Assembly: GCA_964410125.1 (NCBI GenBank)
Contig: CAYPGQ010000012.1
Coordinates: 69-64,068, forward strand
Direction: 5' to 3'
Length of the DNA: 64,000 nucleotides
From: an uncultured Eubacteriales bacterium
Lineage (GTDB): Bacteria > Acidobacteriota > Aminicenantia > Aminicenantales > Aminicenantaceae
Positions 18,226 to 27,928 of this stretch are shown piece by piece. Every line of letters starts with the position of its first letter. Position 1 is the stretch's first letter. The notes below the pieces were generated by a model that saw only the letters and a list, made by a program, of their open reading frames with translations, did not search any database and had not been told where the DNA came from. Made by a program: the position numbers and the translations under genes.

Positions 18226-19011
18226 ATGAGAAGAAATTGTGTGCGGTTGATTCATTGGAAGCCAACAGAGGTGTTGGATGAGGTGGAGGATCTCCGTTTA
18301 GCTGGGTATGAGGTAGCCCACGAGGCACTGAGTCCTTCTTCGTTTCAGGAGATGAGAGAGAATCCCCCGGATGCTGTAGTGATCGATTTATCCCGAATCC
18401 CGTCTCAAGGACGGGATGTGGGCCTAGGTATCCGTAAATACAAGGCCACACGTCATGTGCCTCTGGTTTTTGTCGAGGGCGATCCAGATAAAGTGAAACG
18501 AGTCCAAGAGCTTTTGCCCGATGCGGTTTATACGACCTGGGATCGAATCCTGGATGGACTCGAGCAGGCCATCTCTCACCCACCCAAAGTCCCGGTTGTG
18601 CCGGCATCGGCTATGGCGGGATATGAAGGAGCCCCTTTGTCCAAAAAACTTGGGATCAAACCCAACGCGGTCGTTTATCTTATCGATGCTCCTAAAGGTT
18701 TTGAAACGGCTATTGCAAAATTGCCCGAAGGGGTGTCGTTCGTTAGAATTGCTCCGGATCACAACGATTTAGCGATTTGGTTCGTCAAATCACAGAAAGA
18801 ATTGGAAGGACGCATAAATCAGGTGAAATCGCGTATAGGGAAGGGTGGCCTCTGGATCGCCTGGCCGAAAAAAGCCTCAGGTGTCACATCAGATCTTTCT
18901 CAAACAGTGGTGCGGAAGGTGGGACTCAACTTTGGTTTGGTCGACTACAAAGTCTGTTTTATCGATAAAACATGGTCCGGCTTAAAATTCACCCTCCGGC
19001 CACAGAAATAA
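18226..19011 (+). CDS. DUF3052-like protein with N-terminal receiver-like (CheY-fold-like) region
   Basis: The C-terminal half LGIKPNAVVYLIDAPKGF...GGLWIAWPKKASGVTSDL...GLVDYKVCFIDKTWSGLKF matches my memory of the DUF3052 pattern. The N-terminal about 110 aa resembles a receiver (DAVVIDLS) but lacks the acidic pair. Confidence 0.6.
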   Translation: MRRNCVRLIHWKPTEVLDEVEDLRLAGYEVAHEALSPSSFQEMRENPPDAVVIDLSRIPSQGRDVGLGIRKYKATRHVPLVFVEGDPDKVKRVQELLPDAVYTTWDRILDGLEQAISHPPKVPVVPASAMAGYEGAPLSKKLGIKPNAVVYLIDAPKGFETAIAKLPEGVSFVRIAPDHNDLAIWFVKSQKELEGRINQVKSRIGKGGLWIAWPKKASGVTSDLSQTVVRKVGLNFGLVDYKVCFIDKTWSGLKFTLRPQK

Positions 19012-19331
19012 GCCGGGATTACTTCTTAGTCAATACTCTACTAATGGCATCATCTGTCAAAAGCGCATGGGCAGGTCTGGGATGCTCGGGATCAAAGACA
19101 CGCATGATCTCCTGTTTTTCGATTTTTGTGCCGCTTTCATCGATCGCGCCGAACATGTTCAAATCAGTCAGGAGGAGAGCTCGGTGTTGCACATTCCCTC
19201 TGATAAGCTATTATCACAGGGGGAATAATAACGGCAACTTCTTTTTTTTATTGACATTCATAATTTTTTTTATAATCATCTAGGAATAATAGAATTTGGG
19301 GATGTTCCGATTTAAACAAAGGAGGGACAAA

Positions 19332-19721
19332 ATGAAACTTCAGAAAAACTTGCTTATTATCCCAATGGTAGTTGCAGGAGTCTGGGGAATACTCGGATTA
19401 TTCTTTCCAGAGACGGTTTTTAAATTCTTGGGTACTCCGACAGAAAACATTAATCTCAATCTGACCTCTACTCAAATGATATTGGGCATAAGCCAAATCA
19501 GCCTGGGAATTATCGCCCTTTGGATGCGCTCTCTTAAAGATAAGGCTGTAATGAGCGGTGCGATGACAGTCGTGTCGGTGGTTTTTCTACTTTTTGGCTT
19601 GGAAGCTATCTTGGTGAATTTTCTGGTTGAGGGTCATACCATAAACATGATCCTTTTTGTACAAGGGATTGTTTTGATCGTTTTAGGAGTTCTTTTCTAC
19701 GCAGTCAGAAAACCGAAATAA
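19332..19721 (+). CDS. Small membrane protein (about 4 TM), function unknown
   Basis: The track starts at TTG 19296. ATG 19332 (MKLQKNLLIIPMVVAG) is preceded by AAAGGAGGG. The protein is hydrophobic throughout. Confidence 0.65.
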   Translation: MKLQKNLLIIPMVVAGVWGILGLFFPETVFKFLGTPTENINLNLTSTQMILGISQISLGIIALWMRSLKDKAVMSGAMTVVSVVFLLFGLEAILVNFLVEGHTINMILFVQGIVLIVLGVLFYAVRKPK

Positions 19722-19779
19722 AAAAAACCGCAGGTCACTTTTTCCACCCACTGAGTAAAAGGCATGGCTGCTCTTTGGG

Positions 19780-19803
19780 GGTCACAATTGCTGACCATTT
19801 TTT
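19780..19803 (+). terminator. Weak Rho-independent terminator candidate
   Basis: GGTCA-caattgc-TGACC followed by ATTTTTT. The stem is only 5 bp. Confidence 0.35.
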
Positions 19804-19945
19804 GCACATTTAGTCATTCAACTGCCCTCTCCATTTCCGTTTTCATCTCACAGATACGGTAATACAAACAGGCAGATCATGTCAAAACTTACCCCAATAC
19901 AGGCTGATTGTTACGTTATTCGTGGATGATCAAATGGGAATATGA

Positions 19946-22900
19946 TCATCGCCAGTCGCCTGAGGCAACGAACCCAGCCCAGTAGAAAGGATGTGTGCTT
20001 TTTTTCTTTTTGCGCAGCTCATAGAGTATTTCCAGGGATGCTTTACAAACGGACTCGGCCGTTCCCAGACCTTCACTGAAGCGTGCTTTGTAGAGCTCAC
20101 GCATCCACATTTGGGCTGCTTCGTCTTCGATGGCCCATAGGCTTGTAATTAATGTCTTTGCTCCTGCCAACCGGAATGCCCTTCGGAGCCCGAAAACTCC
20201 TTCTCCAGCTCTGATTTTTCCGACTCCTGTGTCGCAAGCTGATAGAACAACCCAATTCACTCCAGAAAGGTTGAGCGTGGCGACTTCTTCTGCAGTTAGA
20301 ATTCCGTCCTCTTCCTCTGGACCGGCAGCTTCTCGGTGGTTGGCGCCTGCAAGCGCCAATCCTGACAAAAGAAGGGGATTCTCGCCCGTGATAGGTGGAA
20401 GTTTTCCTACACTCCAACTAGACTCCCATTTATTTTCCAAACGCGCTAAAGCCGATGGACAGTTGTTTTCGAGAAAAAAGCCGTGGGTAGCGAGATGCAA
20501 GATCTTTTTTCCAGGAGCGGCCATTTTGAATTCTCTCTCGTTTGCCATGGCCCCAGTCAGTTTTAAGATATCTCCTTCTCTCTCCTGACTTTTCTTCCAG
20601 ATAGGCGTAACCTCGTTTATCTCTTTGTGGGTTGCAGGAAGTGGCGTAAACTTCAGGGACTTAAAATCTCCGCATTCCGAACGCATTCCTCGGAAATGAA
20701 AAACGGATTTAACTTTGGCGAGCAATCCCTTTTCGGGCTTACTTTCAGGAGACAGGGCAGCGAATAACGATGTTTCGTCAAATGTTGGATCCCCCAGTGC
20801 CAATAATCCCTCTCCCTTAACTGTGGAATCTCTTGAGGATATAAGATCGCGCTCCGCAGACAGATAGTGGAGAAGAGGCCCTTTTTCGATCAAATATTCT
20901 TTCGATCCCACAGGGAGGGCAGCGAAGTTTATGGTATGCAGGGCGCCGGCCGGGACCAATAAAACACTCCTGGAATCTCCGAGATGGGGGGCAATCGGGT
21001 CCCACACTTTGCGGCGAAGAGCTTCTCCCGCGGCTCGGTAAGCCGCAACTGACTCCTTCTCCGAGCGCCCTGGGATCCTAGTTCCTCTAGCGGCCTCTTG
21101 GCCCCAATCAAAGATAAGAGGTTCGATTTCTTCCGCCTTTCCAAGGGGAACTACTGTGGGATTTCTATTTTGTGCTCGGAGGACAAACGCCAAATAATAA
21201 GGTAGCTGAACTGGCCCATGAGCCAGACCATTTTCTGTTTCAACTTCTTTTGAAGGAGGTTCATAATGAATGTAGCGAGCGAAGGCTACAAGAGCAAATC
21301 CAGGTGGAAGGGATGATTTGATCTCAATCAAGCCAGTCCTGCTTTGTTCAAATGTTTCCCTGTAAGTGACGCTGGCCATGGCGAGCGTACGCTCTGCCTG
21401 TTCTTTCTCGATTCTGGCTTTACCCAATTTGTTATGATAGTTCTTTTCCTGAGAAATAGAACCAGTGCCTCGGACAACGAGATTTGCGAGGTTTTGACGA
21501 GCCGAGTTGAAGGATTCTACCGAGGCTGAGACTTCTGGATCAGAGATTTCGGTAAGGGTGCGATGCCGTGCTGCCATTTCATCGTATATGATGGCGCGGG
21601 ATCGAATAAGCGAATCCCAAACCTTGCCGAGATTTGCCTCCATTCCCTTTTGGCCTTTCACAGCTAGAGAAAGACAGATGTCAAGGCCCTGGGATTTCAT
21701 CGCAGCATTTGCGAGTGCTCCACGTTCTGAGAGGAGTGAGGTCATAAGACGAAGATGGTCCCTTGCAATCTCTTCAGAGTGCAGGGCTTCTTTGAGTGCC
21801 GTTGCTAATTGACCGTCATACAAAAGATATTCGGCGAGTTCGCAACGTATTGATGCCCAGGAGGGGTGCTCTGGGTTGACAATTTTCTCCTCGATCGCAT
21901 GGGCACTTTTTATCTTGTTAAGTGCCTTTTTAACCTCTCCTTTGTTAATAAAAAGAGCGGCAAGATTTTGGAGAGCACGAACCATTACAATATCATTAAT
22001 GAGAGAACCAACAGTATTTGGCTCATCAGTACGTCGACTCTCCTCAAGGATCGGTAAAGCTCGTTGTTGAATCTCCAGCGCAATATCGTAATCGCCTAAC
22101 AGCCTGAGTATTTTGGAATAAGTATTAAGTGTGATAGCCGTTCTTGGAGCATTTGGTCCGTAATGCTGCTTTTCTAACTCAAGGATCCTTATGACACAAA
22201 CTTCTGCTTGTCTGTAATTGCCCATGTCAACGAGCGTTTTTGAGTAGTTGTTGTAGAAAGTAATCAGGCCTCTGAATTCTTTGCCCAATGTCTCCTCTAG
22301 GATCGCTATGCAGCGTTCGAAAAGCATTCGTGATCTTTCATGGTCACCGATTATACCGAGCGCGATTGCAAGTGGATTTAGAGAGTAAGCCATCGTCCAG
22401 TGATTTGTTCCATAGAATTTTTCTTTGATGGGCAAAGCAAGTTCGAGGTAATGTATCATTTTAGTCCAGTTGCCCACGCTCCCATACATATTAGCTACGT
22501 TTTCCAATTGAGAGGCGACCTCTGGATGCTCTGGGCCAAGTGTTTTCTCAAGTATGGATATAGTGCGTTCCCATAAGATCAGCACGTTGTCATCACATCC
22601 AAATAAGTCTATTGTTTTACCTCGCTCGATTAGAGCATCTTCATTCCATCCAGACAAAATATCTGCCACATCTATGTCTTCGGATTCAAGAGCCTTCTCT
22701 CGGATTTCCAGGGAGCGTTCTATATGTGTCCTGGCTTTATTTAGCTGTCCAATACTTCCAAAAAAAATCCCAATTCTATCATGGGTTTTGGCTATACTTA
22801 TATGATCTATGCCAAAAACCATCTCCTTGATTCTAAGCGATCTTTCCAAAATCTCGTTTGCCTTATCCAGCTCTTTTTCCCAATAGTATATAGTTCCTAA

Positions 22901-23521
22901 TTCATCCAGAATTTTAGCGATCTCAGCATGATTTGGACCATATGTCTTTTCAAATATCACTAGAGCACGCTCTGCTAGTGACTTTACAATAGAGTTATTC
23001 CAGTGTTTATCAATCAATCCAGAGAGGCTAGCCAAGCTCCTTACTACCTCGGGGTGCTCTGGTCCAAAGACTCGTTCTCTGATCGACATGGCCTGTTCGA
23101 TCAACATCTGCACCTCGTCTTCGGCTTGTTTTTGCTTGAGTTCAAAGGGTTCGAGGGAGGCATCCCGCTCTTTCTTTGATTTTCTCTTAGTCCATTCCCA
23201 ATACTCGTGATGGGTCTGTATTTTCCTGCGAAAAATGGATTCAACCAAAACATCGAGCACCTGGGCTGCCTGTAGTGAATCTACCCCAAAAGTAACTTCT
23301 ACCTCGGTGAGAATCTTTCGGGCTAATGTTTCAGCATCGGCGTAAATGCCATCTTTCAGCAGCGCTTTTACTTCATCCAGTATTTGAAGTGCTTGATCCT
23401 CCTTGGCCGACGGAGGCTGAGATATCTCTTGAGCTGCCAGACTGAAAATCACGATGAAAAGAATGAGTGACAGAGTTGTGACAAGCCTAATCATTAATTT
23501 GTGCTCGATTTTCCATCTCAT
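19946..23521 (-). CDS. Exported TPR-CHAT protein (caspase-like clan CD protease domain), paralog 1
   Basis: 1191 aa with an N-terminal signal or anchor (LVTTLSLILFIVIFSLAAQE). About 545 aa of TPR_10/12-like repeats follow (recurring EKxxGPxHPxxA pattern). The C-terminal CHAT region has ILHLATHGFF (His codon 20483-20485) and VVLSACDTGVG (Cys codon 20234-20236). Its start lies 11 nt after the stop of the upstream paralog. Confidence 0.88.
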   Translation of the reverse strand: MRWKIEHKLMIRLVTTLSLILFIVIFSLAAQEISQPPSAKEDQALQILDEVKALLKDGIYADAETLARKILTEVEVTFGVDSLQAAQVLDVLVESIFRRKIQTHHEYWEWTKRKSKKERDASLEPFELKQKQAEDEVQMLIEQAMSIRERVFGPEHPEVVRSLASLSGLIDKHWNNSIVKSLAERALVIFEKTYGPNHAEIAKILDELGTIYYWEKELDKANEILERSLRIKEMVFGIDHISIAKTHDRIGIFFGSIGQLNKARTHIERSLEIREKALESEDIDVADILSGWNEDALIERGKTIDLFGCDDNVLILWERTISILEKTLGPEHPEVASQLENVANMYGSVGNWTKMIHYLELALPIKEKFYGTNHWTMAYSLNPLAIALGIIGDHERSRMLFERCIAILEETLGKEFRGLITFYNNYSKTLVDMGNYRQAEVCVIRILELEKQHYGPNAPRTAITLNTYSKILRLLGDYDIALEIQQRALPILEESRRTDEPNTVGSLINDIVMVRALQNLAALFINKGEVKKALNKIKSAHAIEEKIVNPEHPSWASIRCELAEYLLYDGQLATALKEALHSEEIARDHLRLMTSLLSERGALANAAMKSQGLDICLSLAVKGQKGMEANLGKVWDSLIRSRAIIYDEMAARHRTLTEISDPEVSASVESFNSARQNLANLVVRGTGSISQEKNYHNKLGKARIEKEQAERTLAMASVTYRETFEQSRTGLIEIKSSLPPGFALVAFARYIHYEPPSKEVETENGLAHGPVQLPYYLAFVLRAQNRNPTVVPLGKAEEIEPLIFDWGQEAARGTRIPGRSEKESVAAYRAAGEALRRKVWDPIAPHLGDSRSVLLVPAGALHTINFAALPVGSKEYLIEKGPLLHYLSAERDLISSRDSTVKGEGLLALGDPTFDETSLFAALSPESKPEKGLLAKVKSVFHFRGMRSECGDFKSLKFTPLPATHKEINEVTPIWKKSQEREGDILKLTGAMANEREFKMAAPGKKILHLATHGFFLENNCPSALARLENKWESSWSVGKLPPITGENPLLLSGLALAGANHREAAGPEEEDGILTAEEVATLNLSGVNWVVLSACDTGVGKIRAGEGVFGLRRAFRLAGAKTLITSLWAIEDEAAQMWMRELYKARFSEGLGTAESVCKASLEILYELRKKKKSTHPFYWAGFVASGDWR

Positions 23522-23532
23522 TTGTCCTGTCT

Positions 23533-26500
23533 CTATCGCCAGTCACCAGAGGCAACGAATCCGGCCCAGTAGAAAGGATGAGTGCTTTTGCCCTTTTTGT
23601 GCAGTTCATGGAGTACTTCAAGGGATGCTTTACAAACAGACTCAGCTGTTCCTAGCCCTTCATTGAAGCGTGCAGTGTACAGCTCTTGCATCCATTTCCG
23701 TGCAGCCTCGTCCTCGATAGCCCACAGGCTTGTTATTAATGTCTTTGCTCCTGCGATCCGGAATGCCCGGCGGAGTCCTAATACCCCTTCGCCGGCCCTG
23801 ATTATTCCTACTCCAGTGTCGCAGGCAGAGAGTATTACCCAGTCAACCCGGGATAAGTCGAGAGCTGCTACCTCTTCGGCAGTCAGGATTCCGTCCTCCT
23901 CTTCATGTCCGGAGCTTTCACGGTGGTTGGCACCTGCCAGCGCCAGGCCAGACAGGAGCAGAGGATTCTCCCGGGTGGTGGGTGGAAGTTCTTCTGTTTT
24001 TTCTTGTTCAGACTCTGAATGCTCCTCCGAACGCTTTAATGCTGGTTGGCCATTTCCCTCTAGGAAGAAGCCGTGAGTAGCGAGGTGGAGGATTTGTTTG
24101 CCCGGAGCTGCCATTTTAAATGCCCTCTCGTCCGCTTTGTCGCCAAGAAGCATTAAATCCTCGCCTCTATAATCTTGACCTCTTTTCCAGATATCCGCGA
24201 TTTCTTTTATCTCCTTTTTGGTCTCTGGAAGGGGAGTAAATTCTAAAGATTTAAAGTCTCCGGAGCTGGAGCGGGTTCCCTTAAAGGGAAGTAGAGACGA
24301 GACCTTAGAGAGGAAGGACTGCTTGGGCTCGACTCCGGCGGAAAGAGCAGAAAAAAACGAGGTTTCATCAAAGGCCGGATCGCCAAGAGCTAGAAGTCCT
24401 GTTCCTCTGACTGGCGGTTTCCCAGAGGATATAAGGTCTCGTTCTGCCGATAGATAATGGATCATGGGGTCATTTTCGATTAAGTATTTTTCAGATCCCA
24501 CAGGTAGGGCGGCGAAATTAACGGTGTGAAGTACTCCATCAGGAACCACAAAGACACATCTGGTTTCCTTAAGATGAATGGCTATCGGATCCCATATTTT
24601 CTGGCGGAGAGTTTCTCCTGCGGCCCGGTAAACGGAAACTGCTTCTTTCGCAGATCGCCCTTGAATTCTTATTCCCCTGGCGGCTTCCTGGCCCCAATCG
24701 AAGATAAGGGGTTCGATTTCTTCAGCCTTTCCCAGGGGAACGATCACAGGTTTTTCTTCTTGAGCCCGGAGAATAAAGGCTAAATAGGCTTGGCCCTGTA
24801 AAAGATCCCGGAACTGAACACTTTTATCTTTCAGGTCTTTTGGAGGAAGATCGTAGTGAATGTAGCGGGCGAAGGAAACAAGAGCGAATCCTGGAGTAAG
24901 GGATGTTTTAATCTCATCAAAACCAGCCCTCTCTCGAACTATCTCATCCCTGAAGATTATACTGGCTTCAGCCAGTGCCAGCTCTGCCTGTTCTTTTTCG
25001 CTTCTGGCCTTGGTGATAAGTCCACTGTAGTTTTCTTTTGAAGCCGTAGGGCCGGGGCCGCGGACTATGAGGTCTGAGAGTTGCTTGCGCGCTGAGGTGA
25101 GGGTTTGGAATAAAACATAGATTTCAGGATCTGCGGCTTCAGAAACAGTTCGATTCCGCATCATCATTTCGTCCAGAACAAGACCACGGGATCGAATGAA
25201 TGCATCCCAGGCTTTGCCTCCAGCTCCTTTGATTTCATCCTGGACTTGTACACCCGTGGAGAGGATCATGTCGAGGCTGCGGGCTTTTGTCGTATCATAG
25301 GAGAGTGCTTGGCGTCCCGAAGCTGATGTGAAATACTGCCGCAGATGGTTCCTCGCGATCTCTTCAGAACGAAAGGCATTCTTGATTGCTTCGGAGATCA
25401 GCCCATTACTCCATAGGTTCTCGACGTAATCGTTCAATACCCAGGTCATCGTGATATTGTCTGGGCCATGGGATTTCTCCCTGATCGCCAGGGCACGTTC
25501 TATCAGGGCGAGTCCCTTTTTGCCCTCTCCTTTATCGCAATAGAGGGCAGCAAGTTTCCTCAAAGGATTAACCATACGAGTGTCAGGACTCTGGTTTTCC
25601 TCCAAAATCTTTATGGCATGTTGAATAAAATCTATTGCCTCATCTATTTTTCCTTTGTGTCTCAGTATTGAGGCGGAGATGGATAGAGGAGGCACTGATT
25701 CTAGAGTACCCGGCCCGTAATATTCCTCCCATTTTTTCATAACTCGTTGGACATAAACTTCTGCTCGGGAATAATCTTTCATTTCGAGGAACATGCCTGC
25801 GAGGCTCCAGAGGTATCGGTCGAGTTCTGTTGATTCTGATCCATAAATTTCCCCTAGAATTGTGAAGCAGCGCTCGTATTGTAGTATTGATCTTTCATAA
25901 TCTCCTGATAACCGATACAAGAGTGCAAGGTTGTAAACATACCAGACCATTTTTTCGCTCTTTGGCCCATGGAATTTTTCGGCTAATACCTTTGCCCGTA
26001 TCAGGTATGGGCTTGCCTGAGAGTAGTTCCCAATATCCAAATGCTGTCTCCCTATTTCGACCAGGTGAGGTGCAATGTCTGGATGCTCTGGGCCGAGTGT
26101 TTTTTCCAATATGAACAAGGACCGTTCGTAAAGGGCAAACCATTCATCAATAGCGCTCATTTCAGAAGCTACTTTGCGCAGGATATCTAAAGAGCTCAAC
26201 ACTGCCTGGGAGTCGTAATTGGGGGCATTTTCCTTTAATGCCAGAGCACGTTCTAAAAAAGATTTGGCTTCAGTTAGTTCTCCGGTGTTATGTAGAATTT
26301 GTCCGATTATAACCAGGGGAACCACAAGGTTTTGGTCTTCGAGCCCGTGGATAGCTTCAATCTCACTGAGAACCTCTCGGGCTATGGTTTCGGCTTCGGT
26401 ATAATTTTTATCCTTCAATAGAGCTTTTGCTTTCTCAAGTTTCTGGAGTGTCTGATCTTCATCAGAGGTGGATGTTTCAAATTTTTCTTGAACTCCCAAA

Positions 26501-26580
26501 CTGAAAGTCACTATTAATAGAAAAATCGATACGGTTATGGAAAATTTAAAGGTTGATCTATTCTTGATTTCCCCTCTCAT
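23533..26580 (-). CDS. Exported TPR-CHAT protein (caspase-like protease domain), paralog 2
   Basis: 1015 aa with an AGGAGG RBS and a signal or anchor (FSITVSIFLLIVTFSLGVQE). About 370 aa of TPR-like repeats are followed by a CHAT region with ILHLATHGFF and VILSACDTGVG. The C-terminus THPFYWAGFVASGDWR is identical to that of paralog 1. Confidence 0.88.
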   Translation of the reverse strand: MRGEIKNRSTFKFSITVSIFLLIVTFSLGVQEKFETSTSDEDQTLQKLEKAKALLKDKNYTEAETIAREVLSEIEAIHGLEDQNLVVPLVIIGQILHNTGELTEAKSFLERALALKENAPNYDSQAVLSSLDILRKVASEMSAIDEWFALYERSLFILEKTLGPEHPDIAPHLVEIGRQHLDIGNYSQASPYLIRAKVLAEKFHGPKSEKMVWYVYNLALLYRLSGDYERSILQYERCFTILGEIYGSESTELDRYLWSLAGMFLEMKDYSRAEVYVQRVMKKWEEYYGPGTLESVPPLSISASILRHKGKIDEAIDFIQHAIKILEENQSPDTRMVNPLRKLAALYCDKGEGKKGLALIERALAIREKSHGPDNITMTWVLNDYVENLWSNGLISEAIKNAFRSEEIARNHLRQYFTSASGRQALSYDTTKARSLDMILSTGVQVQDEIKGAGGKAWDAFIRSRGLVLDEMMMRNRTVSEAADPEIYVLFQTLTSARKQLSDLIVRGPGPTASKENYSGLITKARSEKEQAELALAEASIIFRDEIVRERAGFDEIKTSLTPGFALVSFARYIHYDLPPKDLKDKSVQFRDLLQGQAYLAFILRAQEEKPVIVPLGKAEEIEPLIFDWGQEAARGIRIQGRSAKEAVSVYRAAGETLRQKIWDPIAIHLKETRCVFVVPDGVLHTVNFAALPVGSEKYLIENDPMIHYLSAERDLISSGKPPVRGTGLLALGDPAFDETSFFSALSAGVEPKQSFLSKVSSLLPFKGTRSSSGDFKSLEFTPLPETKKEIKEIADIWKRGQDYRGEDLMLLGDKADERAFKMAAPGKQILHLATHGFFLEGNGQPALKRSEEHSESEQEKTEELPPTTRENPLLLSGLALAGANHRESSGHEEEDGILTAEEVAALDLSRVDWVILSACDTGVGIIRAGEGVLGLRRAFRIAGAKTLITSLWAIEDEAARKWMQELYTARFNEGLGTAESVCKASLEVLHELHKKGKSTHPFYWAGFVASGDWR

Positions 26581-26700
26581 TACTTGCCTCCTAAAGAGAA
26601 TCCTGGAGCCGATGCTCTCCCCAAAAGCATTACAAATTATCAGGCATTAAGTATTATTGCTGGAAAAAATACCATATTAATACTTTTTTTTGTGTTTATT

Positions 26701-27324
26701 TCATCTTCTAATCCGAAAACGGATCAATTGAGACTTTAAGCGTTCTCCCTGCGATAAAGCCTCGACCTGCCACATATAAATCTGTCCTGGGATGAGGGAC
26801 TTACGTACGGATTCAGGCAGAATAGCAGTATCTCCCTTTACAGATCTCTCCCACACGAGATCGCCCGCTTCGGTGTAAAGCTTGGCCTCATATGAGTCGA
26901 TTCCTGAAATTGGTTTCCACCGGAGTTCACTGGGAGCAGTCACTTCTCCCACAGGTGAAACGATCAGGATTGAAACATCGTCATGGCCTCTAAGCCGCTC
27001 GGTTTTTTTCCATGGGCCTTGGAGCCACACAAAAACAAGGGCAATAATCATAACAGTTAGTACACTTGCTGCTGCAAAGGCCCATTTCTTTCGAAAAAAT
27101 CGGATAGGCGCTGTGTTTTTGACATCATGAAGTTTGACTTTTTGGGAAGGAGCCAGTTTTTCTTCTCTTATCAAGTTCGTGATGGGAGCAGCTTCATAGA
27201 GACTCTGAAAACAGTATTCGCACTCGAGTAGATGATTCTCGAACTGCCGTTTTTCCTCATCAGACAGAAGGCCGAGTTCGTAGCTGCCGAGAAGCTTTCC
27301 GATGTCCTGGTCAGTGCAGCTCAT
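26701..27324 (-). CDS. Anti-sigma factor (zf-HC2 type), single-pass membrane protein
   Basis: HLLECEYCFQSL is a zf-HC2-like motif near the N-terminus. There is one TM segment (WAFAAASVLTVMIIALVFVWL) and an extracytoplasmic domain of about 100 aa. The start overlaps the sigma gene stop as ATGA. Confidence 0.8.
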   Translation of the reverse strand: MSCTDQDIGKLLGSYELGLLSDEEKRQFENHLLECEYCFQSLYEAAPITNLIREEKLAPSQKVKLHDVKNTAPIRFFRKKWAFAAASVLTVMIIALVFVWLQGPWKKTERLRGHDDVSILIVSPVGEVTAPSELRWKPISGIDSYEAKLYTEAGDLVWERSVKGDTAILPESVRKSLIPGQIYMWQVEALSQGERLKSQLIRFRIRR

Positions 27325-27914
27325 ATCTCCACTCCAAATTTAGCCCTTAAAATTCTCATCAGGCTCTGACGAGCACGATAGATACGTGTGTAGACTGTTG
27401 CCATCGGGATGTCCCCAAGTTCTCTCTGGATTTCCTCCCTTGTTAGTCCCTCCTGGAGGAACTTTAGGACCTTGCCCCATGTGCCATTCTCGGCTGCGCA
27501 TATTTCTATGGCATCCCGGAGGATTCTTCCCAATTCCTTTTCCTCGAGACAGAATTCCGGGGTTTCGGGAGCAGGATTCTTGAGAGAATTCAAAACCTTT
27601 GGCCCAGAGACATGGGTTTCTGTTTTCAATTTAGTCCGGCGATAGGTGTCACCCAGTTTGTTCCTGAGGATTTGGAAAATGAAGGGCATGAGATGATCGG
27701 GATTTCGAACCGAAGTTCTTTTTTCCCAAAGGGTGCTCAATGTCTGTTGAACGACATCCTCCACTTCTTCCCTCTGTAATCTTTTTTGTGAGAGGCGGAC
27801 AATTTTTTTCCGAATCGAGCTGAAGGCTTCGCCGAAGGAATCAAGATCACCTGTCTGCAGCAGGGTATAGAGTTTTTCGATTGATGTTTTTTGCTCTTTG
27901 CTCCCTGTTTCCAA
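27321..27914 (-). CDS. ECF-type sigma-70 family sigma factor
   Basis: 197 aa with a TTG start (there is no early in-frame ATG). A region-2-like segment is VVQQTLSTLWEKR...LMPFIFQILRNKLGDTYRR. A region-4 HTH is REEIQRELGDIPMATVYTRIYRARQSL. Confidence 0.85.
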   Translation of the reverse strand: METGSKEQKTSIEKLYTLLQTGDLDSFGEAFSSIRKKIVRLSQKRLQREEVEDVVQQTLSTLWEKRTSVRNPDHLMPFIFQILRNKLGDTYRRTKLKTETHVSGPKVLNSLKNPAPETPEFCLEEKELGRILRDAIEICAAENGTWGKVLKFLQEGLTREEIQRELGDIPMATVYTRIYRARQSLMRILRAKFGVEI

Positions 27915-27928
27915 TATCCCTGCTTTTT

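Noticed and set aside
19019-19156. A 45-aa minus-strand ORF (MFGAIDESGTKIEKQEIMRVFDPEHPRPAHALLTDDAISRVLTKK) in the gap after the DUF3052-like gene.
   Set aside because: It has no Shine-Dalgarno sequence on that strand, is below any reliable length, and has no motif. It could be a gene remnant, but that cannot be supported.
19251-19276. TTGACA ... TATAAT pair upstream of the small membrane protein gene.
   Set aside because: The spacer is only 14 nt by my count, outside the functional 16-18 range. I therefore did not call it a promoter.
19928-19949. TGATCA-N10-TGATCA at the 3' end of CHAT paralog 1, considered as a possible terminator.
   Set aside because: It overlaps the stop codon, has only a 6-bp A/T-containing stem, and has no T-run on the relevant strand.
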